Shown here piece by piece: positions 36,330 to 41,332 of a stretch of 41,332 nucleotides of DNA. A program made the translations under genes and the position numbers. The stretch lies in NCBI GenBank assembly GCA_008632985.1, contig QPGO01000359.1, positions 1-41,332 on the forward strand, given 5' to 3'. This stretch comes from Psammoneis japonica (Eukaryota). The notes beneath the pieces were generated by a model. It made no database searches and was not told the DNA's origin. It saw only the letters and a list, made by a program, of their open reading frames with translations. The first letter of the stretch is position 1. Each line of letters starts with the position of its first letter.

Positions 36330-36965
36330 GGTGCCATCCAATCACCACAGCGATGTGTGTTTTCTCACCACCTGCAGCACTGCGACTGGTGTCGTCCAGT
36401 CACCACAGTGGTTCTGTCCAGTTGATCAACGAACCGCGTCGGTGCCATCTGTTCACCGCAGCACTGTGTCGTCTTCTCACAACCTGTGCAATCAGGTTGC
36501 TGTGAGTGCTGTGACTGGTGCTGTCCAGTCACCGCAGCCGAGTCAATCAGTTGCTTGACGAACTGCGTCGGTGCCACCCGATCACTGCAGCATTGTGTCG
36601 TGTTCTCACAACCTGTGCGATCAGGTCTCTGTGAGAGCTGCGACTGGTGTCGTCCAGTCACCGCAGCTGAGCTTGTGCGTCATCTCACAACCTGCGTTAC
36701 GAGGTGCAGTGCTGTGTTGTTTGCTCACAACCTGTGCAATCAGGTCGCTGTGAGAGCTGCGACTGGTGTCGTCCAGTCACCGCAGCCAAGTGAATTAGTT
36801 GCTTGACGAACTGCGTCGGTGCCATCTGATCACCGCAGCATTGTGTCGTGTTCTCACAACCTGTGCAATCAGGTCTCTGTGAGAGCTGCGACTGGTGTCG
36901 TCCAGTCACCGCAGCTGAGCTTGTGCGTTGTCTCACAACCTGCGTCACCAGGTCACTGTGAGAAC
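36330..36965. repeat. ~129-bp tandem repeat, ~5 copies, upstream of/at the 5' end of Helitron Rep
   Basis: g(c/t)gactggtg..gtccagtcacc(g/a)cag at ~36382, 36511, 36640, 36759 and 36888. Confidence 0.9.
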
Positions 36966-37157
36966 TGAGAACTGCGATCGGTGTGGCCCAATCACCGTAG
37001 TTGGATGCTTTTCGTTTCCCTTTGCGCAAAGGTTCTGTCACAAAAAAGTGAGACGAAAGTGTGCCTCTTTCACCTCGATGGAAGAGTGACGTGTGCGTTC
37101 CTCCCACGTCCTTCTTCGCACCAGACGTGCGACATCCCACTTAGTTTCATCGACGTT

Positions 37158-37258
37158 GAACATCCCATGGGACAAGATTTGGATCTTGTTCAAGTTGTTT
37201 TGACCATCTGCTCTGAACATTCCATGGGGCAAGATTTGGATCTTGTTCAAGTTGTTTC
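37158..37258. repeat. 57-bp tandem duplication
   Basis: gaacat(c/t)ccatggg(a/g)caagatttggatcttgttcaagttgttt occurs twice. Confidence 0.85.
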
Positions 37259-37802
37259 GGCAATCTTGGTGGTGGGCGCAGCTTTGCATGAATTCCGCAG
37301 AATTACGCTTTAACGAGTGGCGGGGCAGTTGAGCCAGTCGTGTGGCAACAACAACACGATTGACGTCATTCGTGTTTCCAAAGTGCGTGCGAATCCTCCA
37401 AATGGGTGATGGGCCCACCTTAGCCAACTGCCGGTGCAGTGGTGACAGCGATGGCGTCGACCGTTTGGCAACTAGATTTCGTGCGCGATGGCTGCGCGGC
37501 AGTGACGGCTGAAATGCACATGAAGCACGGACGGAATTGCACGTGATTTTACGCATTTTCAGCAAACTTGCTGCGACTTTGCGTGCTCCGATCCTTGCAC
37601 CTGTTTTGTTCAAATTGAGTCCACACACCACTTGCAAGTGCTGACACCTGGAAGGTCACCTTGTTGCAGTTCGACGTGTTTGGATCTAGTTGCTGACATT
37701 GCCAGTTCTCCTTGGCATGATGCACGCAGCTCTGCTGGGTCTTTCTTGGCACTTCTGAACGATCGCACTTTTTGTTCCCACAATTTCTCTCCGACTGATT
37801 CG

Positions 37803-38675
37803 ATGGCACGCAAAAGAAACACAATGACCTCCCCGGCTGCGAAAGCCAAAGTCGCCAAAACCAAACAGAAGAAGGCAAAGACGAAGTTTTCTGATGCTCT
37901 GTTGAAGAAACTGAGTCCGCCCCGCAAGACCAACGGCTTGACCGACGACGACCTTAAACCGGAAGACCACCTTGCCAAGCACGGGTTCAAGCTTTCCAAA
38001 TCCGCCAGTTCTGACGATGGCAGCCATTCCGACAAGGACGCCCTCCTGCGCTGCGCCACCGTCACTGTCGGCCGCAAGAAAGGCATCGTTTTTCGTCTCC
38101 AAGCCAAGAATCCCCTTTCAACCAATGTTTGGTCGGAGAAGGTTCTGTTTGACAACCTTCGCAGCAGGACTCCGTGGGTGGTTCAAGTCGGATTCCACCC
38201 TTGCGCTGGCAGGTGGGTTCACGAAGGCGAGTTGCAGACGAACGCCAAGAACTGCGCCGTGCGTCTCTTCTTCATCTTCCTCGAAGAAGTCCCAACCGAT
38301 GCCAAAGTGCGCGGCCTCGGGAAGTGCATTGCGAAGCAGCTCAACGATGACCCTGAGAACAACGCCAAGGTCTTCGTTGAAGACGACTTCTTCTGGATGA
38401 AGGATGCTGTTTGGTCCGAAGTGATCGGCAACGAGGCGGCGCTTGCCGAGCTTCAGAAGGAAGGTGGTCAGTTTCACATCGGTTGGTGCGCCCAAAACAA
38501 GAACTTGCTTCACAGTTGCTTCTACGAGGGGTCGTTGCCTGTGGAACTCTGTCATCTCATTGGAGCTCCGGCAGAAGAAGCTGGAGAAGAGGCCGACGAT
38601 GATGTCGAGCTCAACTGCGAAGTTGACCTGAACGTCGATGACGACTTGGTGCTTCAGGACAGGGACGAAGACTGA
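37803..38675 (+). CDS. Hypothetical element-borne protein (Lys-rich N-terminus, acidic C-terminus), TA-mutated
   Basis: Long ORF with gene-like codon usage, divergent from Helitron Rep. Only one Tyr, with Cys at Tyr-like positions (LLRCA, HPCAG, GKCIA). Followed by a T-tract. Confidence 0.55.
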   Translation: MARKRNTMTSPAAKAKVAKTKQKKAKTKFSDALLKKLSPPRKTNGLTDDDLKPEDHLAKHGFKLSKSASSDDGSHSDKDALLRCATVTVGRKKGIVFRLQAKNPLSTNVWSEKVLFDNLRSRTPWVVQVGFHPCAGRWVHEGELQTNAKNCAVRLFFIFLEEVPTDAKVRGLGKCIAKQLNDDPENNAKVFVEDDFFWMKDAVWSEVIGNEAALAELQKEGGQFHIGWCAQNKNLLHSCFYEGSLPVELCHLIGAPAEEAGEEADDDVELNCEVDLNVDDDLVLQDRDED

Positions 38676-38763
38676 GTTGTTTTTTTTTTTTGCCGGTGCA
38701 GTGTAAATTTGTAAATGTTTGGCAAACTGAGTGTCGATTGCAACTCAGCTTTCCTCTGTCTCT

Positions 38764-39807
38764 TCAAGCATGTGCCATCTCCGACGACAACTTGTCGTTG
38801 CCGCGAAGCAATGGCGAATTGAGTGGAGCAACCAGCGTGTGACGTCTAGCACAGTGACAGCAAAAAAACAGTTCAGTTGAGTTCTTAAGCAAAATTGGCT
38901 GTTTCGCGACGGGTGAACACTTCCGTTCCAAGTGTGTCAGAGTGGGACGTCGCATGTGCTGGCTGGTTGACTGAGAAGTCTCCTCTTTCTTGGTGCACTT
39001 GTGGAAGACGAGATGTTTCACGTCTCTGCTGTGCCACAAAAAGTCGCCATCATGGCAATCCGCCGTGAAGGACTCGCACATCCACTCTCCCGCGTGCGAC
39101 GCGAACAGCGGATCTAGCGCCACCACCACGGTCCCAGCAGGACACAACTTCGAAAGCATCGCCTCTGCCTTCTGCTGTGTGTTCTTGTCGTTGACCACAC
39201 GGGAGTTGCAGTTGTTGAAGAACACCTTGAGTCCTTTCTTTTTCCACAAAGGAGCCAGCCTCTCGTCCAAAAATGACTTGTTGATCAACTCCAACCCGCA
39301 GTTTGAGCGAAGGCCAGCATGATGAGCCCAACGTACAGCCTCTTGGTGACGATTGTGGTTGGCCTCGATGCTCACCATGGTGCAACGGCGACGAAGTAAC
39401 TTGAGCCCGATGCTGGGTCCGGCAACTCCCCCGCCCATGTCGACAGATGTGTCGCAGGTGTGATTCACGCCAAGAAGGCGTTCGTTCAAAAACACTTTGC
39501 TGCTCAAAGCGAAGCCAACTTCGCCGCTGTGCGAAGATCCGCTTCCGTCTCCGGAGACACGCCTGCTCTGGAACGCGGAGTCCGGAGCCATTTGAAGACA
39601 AAACTCCCTGACACTTCTGCAATGATGGTTCATCGCATCCAACCTTGTGGCAACGTCAACCTTGCTTGCAGCGGGTTCGACCAGACGTCGCGTTTCCAAA
39701 CCAAACTGTGATGTGCGCAGAATGCGTAAATTTACCGTCGCGCCCTCTGTGCACGTGAAATTTTCAAACGCAGCGTGCTGCCTCTGCCTGCATGTGGAGC
39801 GATGCAT
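38764..39807 (-). CDS. DOT1-like class I SAM-dependent methyltransferase (hypermutated, probably inactive)
   Basis: HSGEV (cf. YGE), VDMGGGVAG (SAM motif I), VSIEAN (cf. GIE), NKSFL, VFFNNCN (cf. VxFxNNF), GTVVVALDPL (cf. GxRIVSxxP). ORF ends may be extended by loss of TAA/TAG. Confidence 0.6.
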   Translation of the reverse strand: MHRSTCRQRQHAAFENFTCTEGATVNLRILRTSQFGLETRRLVEPAASKVDVATRLDAMNHHCRSVREFCLQMAPDSAFQSRRVSGDGSGSSHSGEVGFALSSKVFLNERLLGVNHTCDTSVDMGGGVAGPSIGLKLLRRRCTMVSIEANHNRHQEAVRWAHHAGLRSNCGLELINKSFLDERLAPLWKKKGLKVFFNNCNSRVVNDKNTQQKAEAMLSKLCPAGTVVVALDPLFASHAGEWMCESFTADCHDGDFLWHSRDVKHLVFHKCTKKEETSQSTSQHMRRPTLTHLERKCSPVAKQPILLKNSTELFFCCHCARRHTLVAPLNSPLLRGNDKLSSEMAHA

Positions 39808-40208
39808 GAAGTCATTTTAAACAGACATGTGGACGCGTTGAAACAATGAGACACCTCCAGGCGATAAAATTTGTTTTGAATCTTGGCCTGCTTCTCATCA
39901 TTGCTGCACTTGTGTGTCCGTGCAATTCAAACGCATGAGCTGGCACGGCACGCAACGCACTTCTACGCGAGAACTCGCACTGAGGTTGCCGTGGGATGAT
40001 CCTCCCTCCGCGGAGACAAAAACAACGCGACAACACTTCCGTCATCACATTTTGAAACACATTTCAAATTGAGACACACCATGTCGCAACTGCCTCGTGC
40101 CTCGCTGCGTCGTCCCACCAACCACAAGCACTTGTCGCGATCGAGTTACAGCCGGTCTCGACAGTGTGGGGGTTTGGGACGTGCAGCTCGCAGCCTGACA
40201 ACAAGCAA

Positions 40209-40405
40209 ACACTTCTCGCGATTAGGTTTCGACCCCACTCCCCTGGAGTCCGCCGGTCCCTGTCAACAGAGTTTTGCTTTGGGTGCTCTTGAGGCAACGG
40301 AAAGCAGACACATCTCTCGATTGGGTTTTGACCCCACTCCCCTGGAGTCTGCCAGTCCCTGTCGACAGAGTTCTGCTTTGGGCACTGTTGAGACGACAGT
40401 GACAG
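40209..40405. repeat. 99-bp tandem duplication
   Basis: gaccccactcccctggagtc..gtccctgtc.acagagtt.tgctttggg at ~40232 and ~40331; minus strand gives CPKQNSVDRD..TPGEWG and HPKQNSVDRD..TPGEWG. Confidence 0.9.
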
Positions 40406-41332
40406 TGTCAAGCAGCGGAACATTTGCCGGTGAGTTCGCACACACGTTCTCTGCGAACACCGCATCGTCAATGCGCACCAGGACGTGCGAGAACGTGTTG
40501 AGGGCTCAACCGCCACTTCGCAAGGCCCACCGCAGCCGCAGGCGAATCCGCAGCCGCGCCAGTGGGAAAACATCCAAGATTGCTCGCCTCATTCCACTCG
40601 CACCGTGCGCCACTGAGAGTCTCTCCATGCACTGTGTAGCTGGCCGCACTCCAGTTTGTGACAGCGACCACACTCAGCCTGCACCACCTTGTCTTGCTGA
40701 CATTGACTTTGCCGAATTGGCTCCTCTGGTCGTCTGTGACCCTGTGCTCAATCTGAAGCCTTTCTTTGGCTTGGACGGTTGCTGCTGCGACAACACCTGC
40801 ACCCTGCTGCCGCGTTCTGCTGTGGTGTTCAGCTCCCCCAACCCAGCAGAACCAGTTGCTCAGTGCCGAGTGCTCGAAGCACTAGAATGCTGCACCACCC
40901 AGTCCACCGTGCATGGCAAACAACGCGTTGCCTTCATGGAGATGGACAGGAGCAAGTGTTCCACGATTGGCCTGGCTGCCACGAGAGATGCTCGAATTTC
41001 TTGCAAGCAGCCTGGCACAGCCGACCAACACACTCACCACCTCACCAGACTTCTTTCACGCATGGAGCACCTTGTCAATGAGTGCGTGGACTGTGCCATC
41101 CTTGAGGGCATCGCTCGTGTCAAAAAGTTTCACAACTGGAAATCCCTGGTGCAGTCAGATGGCATTTTCTCCTCTCTGGCGGCTGGGCGCAATGTCTTCC
41201 TCAACGCCCATCGGGACCAGGACTTCTTCCTGTCAGCAGTCACCGTGGTGGGAGTCCCTCCGTCCGGCAGCCACACCATGAATGACGGGATTGTGGCGCA
41301 CTTCTGCTTCCCTGCCGAAGGCATCTCCGTTG

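Larger units (their letters stand above)
25700..41332. other. TpA-depleted but CpG-retaining domain C (transposon block)
   Basis: TA is sparse and CG frequent. Conserved Tyr positions in several proteins read His or Cys. Confidence 0.85.

Noticed and set aside
24599..39807. Alternative genetic code (His/Cys codons read as Tyr)
   Set aside because: Neighbouring host genes use the standard code with normal Tyr. TA is also lost across codon boundaries and in non-coding repeats.
1210..41332. Classical fungal RIP or plain CpG deamination as the sole explanation
   Set aside because: These are C->T changes: RIP raises TpA and CpG decay does not consume it. Here TpA is lost and invariant Tyr codons become CAY/TGY.
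40470..41332. Decayed minus-strand coding sequence at window end
   Set aside because: Protein-like fragments with TGA stops but no family recognised; not enough to annotate.

Overview
Eukaryotic DNA, most likely from a diatom or another stramenopile (short GT-AG introns, CoDi-type copia motifs, diatom-style ankyrin and LRR families). Islands of intact host genes alternate with repeat or decayed domains. The host genes are: a partial secreted Ser-rich RXL protein, HGD, DGAT2, RPLP1, ADF/cofilin, CCT2, a secreted EF-hand protein and a basic/acidic nuclear protein. The decayed domains (~1.2-3.3 kb, ~8.2-17.1 kb, ~25.7 kb-end) hold ankyrin and LRR pseudogenes, a Ty1/copia gag-pol remnant, a duplicated pseudogene pair, a Dada-type DDE transposase with an inserted DEDDy exonuclease, a broken Helitron Rep/PIF1 gene and a DOT1-like methyltransferase. 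The main signal is that these domains have almost lost the TpA dinucleotide through TA->TG/CA transitions. Conserved Tyr codons read as His or Cys, the Helitron catalytic YxxKY reads HxxEH, and tandem-repeat copies differ at TA/TG/CA sites. Surviving TAs are mostly in TTA/TAA context, and flanking host genes are untouched. This looks like a repeat-targeted, RIP-like A:T->G:C hypermutation process distinct from CpG decay. All counts were made by eye and family assignments come from motif recognition, not database searches.
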